A stretch of DNA of 55,470 bases from Octopus bimaculoides (taxonomy: Eukaryota): positions 65,654,330 through 65,709,799 of the forward strand of contig NC_068984.1 in NCBI RefSeq assembly GCF_001194135.2, written 5' to 3'. The position numbers and the translations under genes were made by a program. Below the pieces are notes generated by a model. It saw only the letters and a program-made list of their open reading frames with translations, was not told the DNA's origin and did no database searches. Each line of letters starts with the position of its first letter. The stretch's first letter is position 1. Of the stretch, positions 13,514 through 27,869 are shown piece by piece.

Positions 13514-14084
13514 CTACATAGCACAATTGGTAAAAGAAACAAAATTGCTCCAAATTAAGCAAAATATTAGCATATAATGTATGTGACCAAAATTAATATT
13601 TACCATCAGTACATGATGGACATTCAAACCAGTATGAAATGTTATTGGGCAAACTCTTCTGACTCATACTAGCATAATAGAAGAAGTATTAAAATGATGA
13701 TGACATCAATGACAATGGCGAAGATCTTTAGAACAAATAATGAATTTCTGACAAAAAGACAAAGATATGAAGCTGGTCAAACAAAATTATTATGGCTGAA
13801 TATCTCATAATTTGACATAGGAATGACATATAATCTTTGTATCACTGCTGGAACTGGATATCATTTATGACCATTATTTTAAGCTTCAATAGTGAAGAGG
13901 CATTGTTGATTTACTCATACAAAGAGATTTGCTTTGAAATCTCACTGTCATAATAACCAACCCGCACAGTCTAACAGAAATATATCAAACAAAGGAAAAT
14001 GGATTATATACATGCATATGTGTGTGTAATTCCCAACATGTGTATGCATTTATTCTTATATGTAGTCATATATTTTCAAATATA

Positions 14085-14123
<39 letters not shown>

Positions 14124-16792
14124 GCATATATCATGCCTGTTGAATCATATAATACACACATTTACTTATATATACATACAAACATGAATAGTACCCATCA
14201 AAAGTGACTGGGTTTATATGACTATGAAATATAAGCACAACTAAAATTGGATCATAGTTTCTGAAATATGTTACTGGTTGACACTCAACTTGAAATTTTT
14301 AAAAAATGAACATTTTCACAATGAACAGCATAAAATCAGAGGAATATGGAAAATACTTTGCCATAGATAAAATACAGCCATGTAGCAGAAAATTTCAAGC
14401 TATGATCTAAGAGCAAATCTCTACCAACCAGTTATTTTATACATATTTTTATATCTTATATCATGCTTTTTTGTGAACAACAAAGCTTTAGTCTATAGGT
14501 TTTGGACCAACCACTTCACTAGTTCCCTCTCTGTAGGTTTGTGTGTGAGTAAGTGTCTATTTTACACACACCATTATCACATACTAAAATACACACTCAC
14601 ATCCACACATAGACAGAGAAACAGACAGATCGACATAAATAGACAGACCTGCATGCAAAAGTGGTGGTAAAAATTCAAATAACTCTCCATCTAACTTATA
14701 GTTTAATGCATGCATACATATGGAAAGAAAACAGACACACCTGCAACTATATATAATGGAAATTTGTGGGCAATTTTTATAACAAGTAGTGTTATATTTG
14801 ATGTATACTGCACTTCCATACTGTGACATAATACGAAGAAATAATCAACCCAATATCAACCAACATGTTAACAAATGAAACCAAGGGTAATTATTTTTTC
14901 TTACTCTGTATATGTGATTACTATTTGAATGTATTTTCACTTCTAGCTATAATTTATAACATACATAGGAAAGGAAACCAGTGTGTGAAAGGAAGTGTTT
15001 TCATATGTGCCTATGTATGCTATAAGTTGTGCTTTGTAACTGATTTACTTTTTCATAAAATATATTGGCAACATGAAGACAGCTTAACAACCAAATAAAT
15101 TGCTAAAAAAGCAAAATTTCAAGACAAATATTACTTGTTTTTTGTTTACTTAGTAATCATTCATAAAACTTTTGGACTTCTTAGCTTCATTAGTTTCTAA
15201 GATACTAAGACAGACACTTAAACAATCAATCAAGCTAACAAACAGGTAAAAATAATGACTCCTAATTGTTAGGAGGCTGGATGTTTCATGAGGTGAATGA
15301 TGGTGTTGATACACAACACATTGCTGTGTAGAAGGTAGTGTTTTTAGTAAGATATATAAGTGTTAATTTTATTGATTGTCCAAAGTCTAATACAACCAAG
15401 TAATAAAACTGAGTATTCCAAACAACTTAACAGAAATTGGACAGACTTTTGTCTTTATTTTTAAATATAAGTAACATCAAAGATTAAATAACATTAAAGT
15501 CAATTAACTACTCTAATTGAATTCATTACAATATCAATTATAGATTGTTGTGGAATTAAAAGAAGTGTTTTACCAACAAGAAACTAGATTCAATAATGAC
15601 AAATAATTAAGTTTTTATTGTGAATGACTTCAATTTTCAATAAATAGCAGAAAATATAAGACAGCAAAGAATAAACTAAAACTCAATATGTAATCTGTGT
15701 GTATGCTGTGTGCATGTGTGTATGCATGTGTGTGAGCATGTGCATGGTCATATATTTGTCGATGTGTATGTTTGTGTTTGCATTAGAAATACAATTAATA
15801 ATATGCTTACAAGAATAGTTTTCATTAAAAAAATATACAAAGATAAAAGTTAAATTCAAGTATTCTGTTTACAATCTTTCATCAGAATATTCAAATTATT
15901 TCATTATTTGCTGTAAAGTTTCTGTTCAGAGAAAATCTCAAGTGGAATGTTTATCTATTTAACTTATGTTATTTTGATTGGAATCTGCTAAGGCAACAGT
16001 CAACAAAAGTTTTCACAAACATCTGTTGAGGTAGGGAAAAAGAAATAAATAACTTTCAATTCAATTTGAAGCTAACACCTTCATGCACATGATGAGAACT
16101 GAAAGAAAATAAAATTGTATCAACATAATTTCTAAGTCATCTTAATATCTAATCTAGATTATGAGTGTAACAATAAACCAATATCAATTTAAACACTTAC
16201 TCTAGAATTTTAAAATATTGTATTTTCATGAACTCAGAAGATTTCAATTTGTAAAACTCAAGTTAAATGTCAGAAGATGTCAAGTGTAAAATTTTACCTA
16301 AGAAATAAATATGAAAATTTTGAACAAACTAAACATAAAAATAAATATACAAATAATATACTTGTAATATTAATCTTTCTCTTTTATTATTAAGGATTGG
16401 CTTGTTTTACATGTTTGAACTTGCATGCAAATAGTTAATTTTGTTGACTGAATGCTTTTAATGGCATTCAACTATAAATCACTAAAAATGATTCAGATAG
16501 TGAATCACTGTACCTTTAATAATAACAACATAATTCTGTTATAATTCAGATTTCCCTGCAATGAACACATAACCATTTATGTTTAAAACTGCACACAGTA
16601 GATTGCTTTTGAATTTCACCATTTTAATTTTACAATTAAATGTTATAGTCTATGAGCAGCTTTTTATGGATGTTGAAAATGTCTCCTATATTTTTTTAGT
16701 CTATTGGTGTTTTGTGGCTCAGCAGATGCAAAATGAAGTAGAAGTAACACAATTCATGATGGTCTATAATGGTGCTTGTAAGTTAATTTTGT

Positions 16793-17020
16793 TTAACTCT
16801 TAACCATTTAGATTACTCTGTCAAATATAATGTTTATTTATTCAGATTGTTTTGAATTATTCATGCATTACTTCATTGTTTTGAGATGTTGATGATGTCA
16901 TTTCTTATTTTTAGAATGACATTGTAGGGGAGATGTGAGGGGCCAGATCTGACCAGTTAGAACAGAAAATAGGTAGAATATTTGGGTCAGATATGACCAA
17001 TTTAAATGTTAAAGAGTTAA
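16793..17020. mobile_element. MITE with TTAA-bounded terminal inverted repeats (piggyBac-like)
   Basis: Left ttaactcttaaccatttag versus reverse complement of right end ttaactctttaacatttaa. Confidence 0.75.
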
Positions 17021-17309
17021 ATTATTTGTGCTTCAAATATCATACTGTTCAGCAGTAAGCGCATTTATTGTAAACCTTTTTATTTGTGAGTCATGCTCTC
17101 TATATTGCAAAGAAATATTTCCATATTCACTCAAACTACAAGTTAATTAGTTAAATTTAATACAACACACAATTTCTTTTAGAATAGATTTTTAATATAT
17201 GAAAGTTTAAAATATTCAAAGGTATCTGACACATTAAGTATTTTATAGTTGTTTTGTAGATGTACACAAAGAAATTTTAAAAAGGAAATATAATTGTTCT
17301 ATATGACAG

Positions 17310-17333
17310 GCATATACATCGGAGGTCTCCAAG
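17310..17333 (+). CDS. Candidate 24-nt microexon
   Basis: ttgttctatatgacag acceptor, aag|gtaagt donor, open in all three frames. Confidence 0.3.
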
Positions 17334-17519
17334 GTAAGTACTGCACATCCAGCAATGATTAATTTTCTTTATAACAATCCTATTCTTGCAATATCATTAT
17401 AAAATCTGCTTTTAATTTGCATTAAAATCTAAAAGCACAGATATAAAAGAAAAAACAAAGATTATTTTGGGTGAATTTGTTTAACGTTAGGAAATAGCTT
17501 AAAGTTTGTTTGTTCATAC

Positions 17520-17581
17520 TTATACCAGAGTACTATGTCCAGCCCCAGAGCACAGTCTATGTCAACAACCACTACATACCG
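17520..17581 (-). CDS. Candidate exon (RYVVVVDIDCALGLDIVLWY), phase 0 to 2
   Basis: cctattaactag acceptor, gtatga donor, locally GC-richer patch. Confidence 0.35.
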
Positions 17582-17755
17582 CTAGTTAATAGGATACAAT
17601 GATAGAATCAAGAATTGTGAGATATTAAATTTGTAAGAAAACCAGCCATACTTCAAGTCAAGAGAGATTTTTTTTTGTAAAAATCAAGGTTTTCCATTAA
17701 AAATGGTTTGACTGATACTGCCTCATGACACTACTCACTATAGATGTATTAGCAG

Positions 17756-17802
<47 letters not shown>

Positions 17803-18374
17803 ATGTGTGTTTACCTTATCAGTAAAAAGTCTGTAGTAAAATTCATGATTTGAAACATGTATTACTGCATCATAGTACCTGCTATTACATATCTATTTCA
17901 GGTCTTCCCGATGATAGAGAATAAAAAAGTTCATTAAAAACGAAAATAAAAGTTAACAAAGACAAGATGTAATATGTTGTAAGCTTTGAATTACCAAACA
18001 AATAAAGAAAAAAAACCCAAACAACATGAAAATCATGTGTGTCTATGAAGAAATACACACAGACATACAGAGTGAAATTTTAATGAAAGCTCAAGGCAGA
18101 TAACTAGAGTGGTGATATTCAAAATACATAAGAAAAGATGAAGGGAAAGAAGAGAGAAAGGTAAATAAAAGAGGAAATGAGCAAAAAAGTGGAAGAATGT
18201 AAGAAATATATCTATGTGTAAAGACATGCATCAAATATAAACATAAATAAACACATTTCCAAAATAAGTAATACATATATTACTTTATTTGTTCATCATC
18301 TTCTTATGCTAAAAAATATTTTCAGAAGATATTTCACAACTAAAAGGATCATCATTATTTTGCTTTTTAACATT

Positions 18375-19050
18375 CACTTTTCCATGCTTGCATAGGTCAG
18401 ACAGAATTTGGTGAGATAGGTTTTCTATGGTTAGATGGTCTTACTACCATCATCCCTTAGATGTTTTCAAGTAAGGTAATATTTCCCATGGGCCAAGCAT
18501 ATTTTAATGGAAGACTGGCAATAAAAGATACCACTTGTATGTCAGTAACACCCATCTATTACTGAAGCCATGTTGGCATGGGTTTGATGATTTGACTGGG
18601 TTGGCATCAGACTCCAGTCTAATTTGGCATGGTTTTCTACAGCTGGATGCTCTTCCTAATGCCAACTGCTCTGAGAGTGTAATGGGTGATTTAACATTCC
18701 AATGGTATGGATGCCAATTTGCATGACACCAGTATCTGCTATGACTGTGATTTTGCTAGGCTTGATGGGTTTTTTGTCAAGCACGATATATTGCCAAAGT
18801 TCTTGGTCATTGCCTCCATGAGGCCTAACACTCAAAAAGAACTCAGCCTCTTTGCCTCTGTGAGGCCCAATGCTCAAACAATATTCTTTACAGGCTATCA
18901 GCACAGGTGCACTTGGCATGACGGGTCCTCTCAAAGGTCTCGATCACATCACCAAAGGTCTCGATCACCAGTCATTGACTTTGTGAGGAACAAAGTTCAA
19001 AGATCATGCCTCACCACCTCGTCCCATGTCTTCCTGGGTCTACCTCTCTG
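18375..19050 (-). mobile_element. RTE 3' end and RTE-type tail repeats
   Basis: Minus strand RGRPRKTWDEVVRHDL near 19000-19045; ggttttctacagctggatgctcttcctaatgccaac tail at about 18630-18665. Confidence 0.8.
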
Positions 19051-19172
19051 TATGGTCTGGCTAAGTCAAAATGGTTTTTTTGTATTCCTCCTTTCTACTT
19101 GGAGAGTTTAAATGTAGTTATAAAAATATGTCCTTCTGTTTAAATGTAATTGCATTAAATTTCTATATCTTT

Positions 19173-19262
19173 GTGCAGCTGAGGATTGCTCTGCATTTTA
19201 TATTTGATGTAATGTTCACATTGCTTAATTAAATGGAGTCGCATGAAACGATCGTACTGCAT
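19173..19262 (+). ncRNA. Type I hammerhead ribozyme motif with palindromic stem III
   Basis: GTGCAG-CTGAGGA-(59 nt stem II region)-GAAAC-GATC-GTA-CTGCAT; stem I 6 bp, ACGATCGT palindrome; stem II pairing is poor. Confidence 0.6.
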
Positions 19263-19372
19263 TAACTTTGGATACCCTTGTTGCTTATTTTGACTTTAAT
19301 CACCTTATTTTGAAACTGTATGGATAATACCATACTCAATTCTGGTGCCTAAACTTAAGTACCATATTCACC

Positions 19373-19404
<32 letters not shown>

Positions 19405-19409
<5 letters not shown>

Positions 19410-19708
19410 TGATTGATATGGAAGAGAGTGTAGTGGAAGCTTTATTAAGCACAACGGTCATTTCAGCTTACTTCTGCACTGCTCCCTAGTGGCTGGGGAA
19501 CAATGTGTTGGAAACGAATGCACCACACAGTGCATAAGAAACCTCCACAGGTTACATAATTTGAGGAGGTTTCTTCTGCACTATGGGGAATATTCAATTC
19601 CATTATATCATTCCTCGCTCCCTAGAGAGCAGTGCAGAAATAAGTCGAAATTATCGTTGTGCTTAATAAAGCTTCCACTAAACTCTGTCTTCCCTATCAA
19701 TCATTTAA
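19405..19708. mobile_element. About 300 bp imperfect foldback (MITE-like) element
   Basis: Whole left arm pairs with right arm around an approximately 18 nt loop near 19549-19566; TTAA at both ends. Confidence 0.8.
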
Positions 19709-19908
19709 GAAATGCTAAAGATGCACCAAAGAATTCCTTACAGAGATCCTGCAACAAAAGTGTAGTACTGTGGATGATGCCTGGTAGTTGTAAGTGATGA
19801 ACGTGCTCTGGAGGTACGCTACTAGGGACATACCCAAAACAAGGTTTGGATACAACACTTTAAAGTCTCCTGTTTAAACTCTAAATTTAAATATGACTTA
19901 CGTATATA

Positions 19909-19967
<59 letters not shown>

Positions 19968-20556
19968 AAAGCTATAATGAATAAGCACTCCAATTGGTCA
20001 AAACAACTTTATAACATTCCCATATTATCATAAATCAAATATAAATACATATTAAAACATCAGAGCACCCAAAAGATGATGCCTCCTTTGAAACAACCAT
20101 AGAGATGCATTTGAACAGACTCTTTTCTGGTTATCACTTTGCCCTTTATTTTTATATTCATATAATTATGTTTATATTATTTTGGTTTCATTGCCTTGAA
20201 ATTTTAGTCGCTTTTATTATGCATTAATTTAATCCATATATTCTTCTTCATTCGACTTCACTCGTATTAACCTTTTAGGTTTTATCACCCTTTTATTCAT
20301 ATATATGTGTATATTTTATACTCTTGGGTTTTACCATTAAGTGCCCTGATGTTTTAATATGTATTTATATTCAATTTATGATGATATGGGAATGTTATAG
20401 GGTGGTCTTGACCAATTGAAGCATTTATTCATTATACCTTTCAATTTATTTCTCTTTTCGCCTCAAAGTCACCTGAGCACTTCTAGCTGCAATCTTATTT
20501 TTATTCTTCAGTTTAACAAAATTACTTTCTGGTTGAATGAAGCTATAAAAATTATC

Positions 20557-20599
<43 letters not shown>

Positions 20600-20766
20600 T
20601 GATCCAGCCTTGTCAAACTGTGTTGATCTCATATTAAACTTGGGATTTAAATTTAATATGTCCATGGGATATTTAACCACTTACATGTTAATTCAATGAA
20701 CTTTGTATTTCCGTTGATCTAACAACTGAAAACTAATGCTCAGGAATTCTGAGTGAGATCTATTTG

Positions 20767-20859
<93 letters not shown>

Positions 20860-22229
20860 GTGACACGTAAAACAAACACAGATGATTTATGACTATGCTG
20901 TGTGTATCTATGTATAACTATATTTAATATACTTGAAATACTAATAATAAAATATTTAGATTTACACATATAAAATTAAATTTAACTTGAGTGAATATTA
21001 AGAGAGAAGCAAGAGAAACAAATTAATTTGACATAATTCGCTTCCATTAATTTCAATCATTTGAATCAAAATTTACCCTATTACATAAACACATTGATTT
21101 GAATGACAAAATGAAAAACATATCTCATATTATACATATATACACACACATATATATATATACACACACATACACACATACTCACACACATAAAAATGTG
21201 CACATACAAGTATACATGCATATGTATAAATGCATGAGTGTCTGAGTGTTAAGTGACACATGTAGAGAGAAAGGGAAAGTAAGGGAAAGAGAGATTGAAT
21301 TTATAATATTTAATATTTAGGAAATTTATGTAATTATGAAAGAATTTCTACAGGGAAAAAGATCATGCAATAATATATATATATAAACTTGTAATATCAG
21401 CTTCTTCTAACATTTTTGACAGATTACATGGATTATTTATTATTATTAATATCATAATCATTAACATCATAATTACCCACCTCCAGAAAACATTTTAGAT
21501 TCTAATGATGGTTTATCAAATATTTTATTTATCATGTGTCTGAATACATTACCAAGAAGCAATCTAGCAACCCTAAACACTGCATACAACTAGTACATAA
21601 ATGATTCCCAGGGGGTAATGAAAAACTTTAATCAAGGATATTTTGATTTGATTTAGCTATCGTAATAATGATTTCAATAAATTAGTAAATTAAACTAATC
21701 ATCATAAGATTGTAAATAAATAAATGCTTTAATTGCTGTATATAAATCTTCGTAAAAGTTCATTCTAAAAGCAATTAAAAATAATAATAATAATAATAAT
21801 AATAATGATGATGATGATGATAATAATAATATGTATGCACATATGTATGTCATTATTCAGTTTATTCTAAGATTTCTTGCCAATAGAAAAAGAACTGGTT
21901 TCTAACCTAGATCCAAGGTTCCTTCATTGGAATTTCAACATCAACAATAGTGTAGTTTGTTTGTTTGTTTGTTTGCTTGTATGTATGTATGTATGTATGT
22001 ATGTATGTGCAGATTTGTATGTTTTATGTATGCATTTTCATGCATATAGTTACATATCTAGACAAGCTCATATATGTTTAAATGATAAACTTCTGGAAAG
22101 TTTTACAGATTTTTACAGTTCCAGTGATGGATTGGATCCAGTCTTCGAATTAGCTTTCTACTTTATGGATTTGGGAAGACTAATTTTTCAAAATTGTTAT
22201 TTAAGCAGTGTGTTACATATCCCAGGGTC

Positions 22230-22760
22230 CCAATAATTACAGGTATAAACCTGAACTTGTAATCTGGATAGAGTAATTGCAGATTTCATAATAGTTCAGC
22301 ATTGGTATTTTCTTTTTCACTGATCTTCAGTTTTATGTTAACATCCACTGGGCAACTAATTTCCACAACTGTGCACAGTTTTCTTCTCTATCCCAAATCA
22401 TAATATCAGGTCTGTTGTGCTTATATTTCATTGAGGCCTTCACTGGTACATTCCACCAGTATTCCTTTTATTATGAGTGGTTATAGCTTCTACCATATTG
22501 TGGGTTCTTATTTCTGTGTCCTTGGGATTATCCTTCCAACAGATTTCATTGTAGAGTGTCCTAGCCACATCATGTCTCATCGGTAGATAATACTGTGATG
22601 ACATTTTGGGGCAACTGCTTATGATGTGGGTGATATCTTCACTTTGACACTTGTTGGTTAAAAGATGTTGCCAAAGGGATATGATACATCACCCAATGGC
22701 ATTTTTGATCAATGTTATGCCTCTGCCACCTTGTTTTTAGTTTAGGTAGAGGCAGTCCAT
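22230..22760 (-). mobile_element. Degraded R4/Dong-like 3' ORF remnant
   Basis: Minus strand SSCPKMSSQYYLPMRHDVARTLYNEI resembles the GCP...RHD.VAR motif after the Zn knuckle. Confidence 0.55.
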
Positions 22761-23271
22761 GTCACTGATTATGTGGAAATTATGTGTGCTTGTTAGTATT
22801 TCAGTGTTGCATGGTTTCTAAAGGGTGGATGCTTTCCCTAATACCAACCACTTTACAGTGTGTACTGGGTGCTTTTTTCATGTCACAGCATGTGAAATAA
22901 CCATGCAGTGCACAAGGCTACATAATTCATGGGAGGCTCCTGAAGTCTTGTGAGCTGCATGTCGGGAAGTGGATAGCAAGATCCTTCTTGTATCTGTTTC
23001 ACTACTTTTTGTTCAAGTTCAGTTTCTGCTTAGGAACCCAAGACCCACTGATGGCCAAGGCTGGTAATCACTGTTCAATAGCATATTCTACAGAACATTG
23101 AATAAAATGACTTGTGATATTTAGTTGAATGTGTTTACATTCAAAGTTCAAACTCTTGCTGACATTGACTCTGCTTTTCATCTTCTTGTATAGAAATAAG
23201 TGCTGTAGCAATATGGTAGAATCATATCAACTGATTCTACTTGTTTGCATTTGCTCACTGACACTGAGGAG

Positions 23272-23281
23272 NNNNNNNNNN
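23272..23281. other. Assembly gap
   Basis: N run. Confidence 1.
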
Positions 23282-24458
23282 GGGGGAGGGGAGGAGAAGG
23301 ACTAAATTAAACTTTATTTTCCTTGAGGTATGCTCAAGCTAACATCTATATATTTGTCAACTGTTAACCTAATTGTTAGAAAGGATAACTATAGGATTCT
23401 TTTCAGGATATTATCCTACCATTCCAAAATTACCTTCTGTAATGAAAATCTACAAAGAAGTGTGATAGAAATATTATAGATTATTTGTTTAGCTCTAGCT
23501 CAACGCTGATTAAGGAAATATATATTCAAAAACATTTCAGCCATAATCACTTTGCTCTTCTCTTATGAATATGGAACCCATAACAATGTTATCCAATGTA
23601 TCCACTTGTTTTTAAGATTATAAGGTATAATTTGAAGGATTTTGGCTGCTTTTTCTAATAGATTGAATGACTACATACAGGCTTCCTTACTAGCTTATAT
23701 GAACAACTTGCTTATATTACCAGCAATATCTTCACTATAATATTCTGTGCATTTTCGCTAGATTTCAAGATTTGTGAATGATCTTTCATATTACACACCA
23801 AAGTTTTTGATCTCTTGAAAACTTTGATCTTAACAAAAGCAAATCTTTCATTAATATTTGTTATAAGAACCTTCTGGCAAATTTCTCTATTTATAGGTTG
23901 TGCCAATATTGAACAGCTTCCTGTTAGGTCACTCTCTCATAGCGTGTACCACAGATCTTTTCAGCCACAACACTGTCATAATAAGTGAACTTGTGAAAGC
24001 TTGATTATTTCTCTCACCATGATCCTTACCTAAATTAATACTGACCTATTCATTGATATATGTAAGTATATGTCATAAGTAATATTGCATTCTAAAGACT
24101 GGGGGTTTAAGTGAGCAACCAGTAAACCTACACAGGTGCATGTACACCAAACACTAGAGCATTACTCACACAACTAAGACAGTATACCATCCACATCCAT
24201 GCATAATTTGAATGCTCATTCATTTAAACTGCAGACTTGTATTTGATTGGCAATTGATCTTAGATCATTTATTGAAACTGAAACAATTGCATAGAGGCAT
24301 AGTTGTGATAGCTACTTAAAATTTACATATGTGCTGTTATATTCACTTTCATTTTATTTTGTAATAAATAATGTAGTTTAATGTAATAGAATAATGGCAA
24401 ATACTACTACAAAATGAAATAAAAGGGAATATGATGTTATTAGTGTTATAAATGACTA

Positions 24459-24526
<68 letters not shown>

Positions 24527-26304
24527 GAAATAGACATATACAGAGTGGGAGAGAATAGGTTAACTGTGCATCTGAGAGCCAGTGGGCCAGAAATTGGGTG
24601 GATCTTAGGATGATACATGGAGCTGACGTAAGGGGAAATACTGGTTTCAAATTTTGGCACTGGAGGAACAGAAAACAGTGATCAGGGAAGAATAAAATAG
24701 GATAAATATGAGAATGAGGGATGAATGTTAATGGAAGTGGTTCCAAGGAGAAGGGAAGGTAACTAGTAATATGAAAGGGAAGAAATAAGCACAAATTCTG
24801 CTGTCATATAATTACAGCAGCTGAATAGTGTCATTTTTAGAAGAGTGATGGAGAGATGGATATAAGGAAGATAGAATGTAGAGAAAGCCTGAAGTGGAGA
24901 GATTGGGTACAGGAGTAGGGCCTGATGAGTGTATAGCTATAAACCTAATGCTTTTAGGATCTCATTTTTGCCATGATGGACAGGTCCTATCAAGCACAAT
25001 GAAACATAAATCATACGAGTCCTTTTTCCATCTCCATAATGAAGATCAACATCTTGATATCTGCCCTCAATACTACGTCTCATATTATCTTGCATTTTCT
25101 TCCAGAATATCTATCCACTTTAAACAATCAACACTTCATTACACAGCTTCTGGCATCAATATGGTTCCCATGACAATACCAGTGCAGGTTTCTCTCCTGC
25201 ACACTACATCTGATTCACCTTATTCCCATTTTCTCCCTCAAATATTTGCACTTCATCATAAATGCACACTGACTTTGCACATCTATTAGAATATATTAGG
25301 ATAATTTCTTTCTAATCTTCTGCATGTCCCCGGCATTCAGGGTCCACAGCTCACTACTAAGTAACACTGCTTTCATAGAATAAATGTAACTATTAAAAAG
25401 CTTCACCCCTAAACTTGAAGCTAATAGTTTCAAAAATTATAATCAAATTAATAATAAATCAGATGTTTAGACATATATTCATAAAACATATTCTTACATA
25501 TGTAAGCTGGAGGCATTTAAAAATAAAAATATGTTCTTTCATGTGCATAACCGTATCTGCAAATAAGAAACTAGGACATAAAGTATATTTATCTTAACCA
25601 TCACAAGTTCATTATCTCTTATATTATAACAATGAATATTACAAGACTGTAATAAGTATATACTCACATATGTCACAAATTCTAATCTGAAATGTTTTCT
25701 CATTCATACATAGTGGATGTATATATATATATCTGATACTGTTACAGTATCACCACTGTTAACATCTGCTTTGAAAATAATATGACAGCCTTCTGAAAGG
25801 TATTTGTCCTCTTTCTGATTTTATTCCAACTTACATTTATTGTTATAATACTCGCACATGTAATTATTCTGATACTTATGTAACTGCTATTCTAAAGAAT
25901 CTATTTTAGAAACATTTAACAGAAAATAATAAATGTGATTTGCCTTTTATAATGTTGGCATTGATATAAATGCTAACGGCTTTGGACAATCTTATTTAGA
26001 AGATAATTTTCATTCTCAAAAATTATTAAACTCACAGGAAATAAATCAACCATTTTCTGAAGAGAAAAAATATTATTGGATCAATAAAAAAATATAAGAT
26101 TTTCTCACCAAAACGTTGTGCACAAATGTTGTACACAAACGACATGATATAACACAAGCCATGTGGGAATAAACAGGTTGCCTTGCCAACTACATATAAT
26201 TAATGTGTCTATCTCTAACCTAATGCATGCAACTGCTTTTGTCCACAAATATTTCAACTGAGCTCATCTAATATTCTTTCTTTATATTACTTTTAAATTT
26301 TTAG

Positions 26305-26453
26305 GTATATAGCTACCTACAAAGAAGCAGACCTTGATTCTATGTTTCAATCTGCAGCGAATATTAGTTTCTTTATGTTAGGTTCATTCAGGCAACTTCG
26401 AAAGGGATGTCAAAAATACAAACATTATCCAAATGCACGGAAAGAAAAACTAG
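26305..26453 (+). CDS. Candidate exon of plus-strand model (YIATYKEADLDSMFQSAANISFFMLGSFRQLRKGCQKYKHYPNARKEKL), phase 2 to 1
   Basis: ttttaaatttttag acceptor, tag|gtatga donor, 49 open codons, CpG retention. Confidence 0.4.
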
Positions 26454-26889
26454 GTATGAGAGAAATAGGATAGAGTATCAAGAGAGTGAAAGTGAGCTGG
26501 GACAGATATATAATACATATGGAGGATGACAAATGAGTCCAGAAGTGGGAGAAACCTGCAGCAGAAGAAAACTAAGGAAGACATGAGAAATGATGGAAGC
26601 TGGTTGCAAGAGCCCAAATTTCATGAAGGGGATGTCAAAAGAATGAAGCGAGACACTGTGCTGATGAAGATTCATCCAAGCCATAACTAAACTGGAAACT
26701 ATGATGATAATGATTTAAGAAATATATAAGTGATGTATTATATAAAATTACAGTTATTTAAAAGAAATGAGAGCCTTTAAGATTTCCCAACAAAAAAAAA
26801 AAAATTGATATTTAAATTTTTTTCAGTAATTTCTGAAAGCCATTTTATAACATGAAAAAACTTTAGTAATATTCCTAAAACAAAGTTAA

Positions 26890-27021
26890 NNNNNNNNNNN
26901 NNNNNNNNNNNNNNNNNNNNNNNNNNNNNNNNNNNNNNNNNNNNNNNNNNNNNNNNNNNNNNNNNNNNNNNNNNNNNNNNNNNNNNNNNNNNNNNNNNNN
27001 NNNNNNNNNNNNNNNNNNNNN
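26890..27021. other. Assembly gap
   Basis: N run. Confidence 1.
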
Positions 27022-27096
27022 GTCTTCTACTATAGCCTCGGGCTGACCAAAGCCTTCTGAGTGGATTTGGTAGACAGAAACTGAAAGAAGCCCGTG

Positions 27097-27146
<50 letters not shown>

Positions 27147-27363
27147 GTGTATATGTTTGTGTGTCTGTTTGTCCCCCCAGCATAGCTTGACAACCGATGC
27201 TGGTGTGTTTGCGTCCCTGTAACTTAGCGGTTCGGCAAAAGAGACGGATAGAATAAGTACTAGGCTTACAAAGAATAAGCTCTGGGGTTGATTTTCTCGA
27301 CTATAAAGGCGGTGCTCCAGCATGGCTGCAGTCAATTGACTGAAACAAGTAAAAGAGTTAAAG
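27022..27363 (+). mobile_element. SINE family A, head lost in gap
   Basis: Nearly identical to 31990-32326. Confidence 0.9.
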
Positions 27364-27685
27364 CGTATAATTTAAAATATTTAGTCTGGGATATAAATGA
27401 AATTTTTAAGTAGTTCCTTAAACTTAACCTAGATGGAAAATTATTTCTAGGGCAAAGTTCATGCCCTGTACCATGTAACTACACATGACTAAAGTTGTTG
27501 AATCAAGGGCTAAAGGTCATGAAAATGATTCTACTAGGTATTGTTAAGTAGTATCTTCAAATAATGCTGTTCAATTTTACTTGCAGTAATTAAAATGTAT
27601 ATGTATACATACATATCAATCTATCAATGTGCATGTATGTGCATACATACACATACATGTATATGTACATGTAGATGGAGGGATA

Positions 27686-27781
27686 TAAACAGACAGACAG
27701 ACAAATGGATAGATAGACAGACAGACAGGCATCAGACAGACAGACAGACAGACAGACAGACAGGCAGGCAGGCAGGCAGGC

Positions 27782-27869
<88 letters not shown>
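27686..27869. repeat. Compound (AGAC)n(AGGC)n(AGAC)n(AGAT)n tetranucleotide array
   Basis: Direct reading. Confidence 0.95.

Noticed and set aside
23712-24020. 64-aa minus-strand ORF and nearby splice-like sites
   Set aside because: Stops in all spliced readings; probably a decayed repeat
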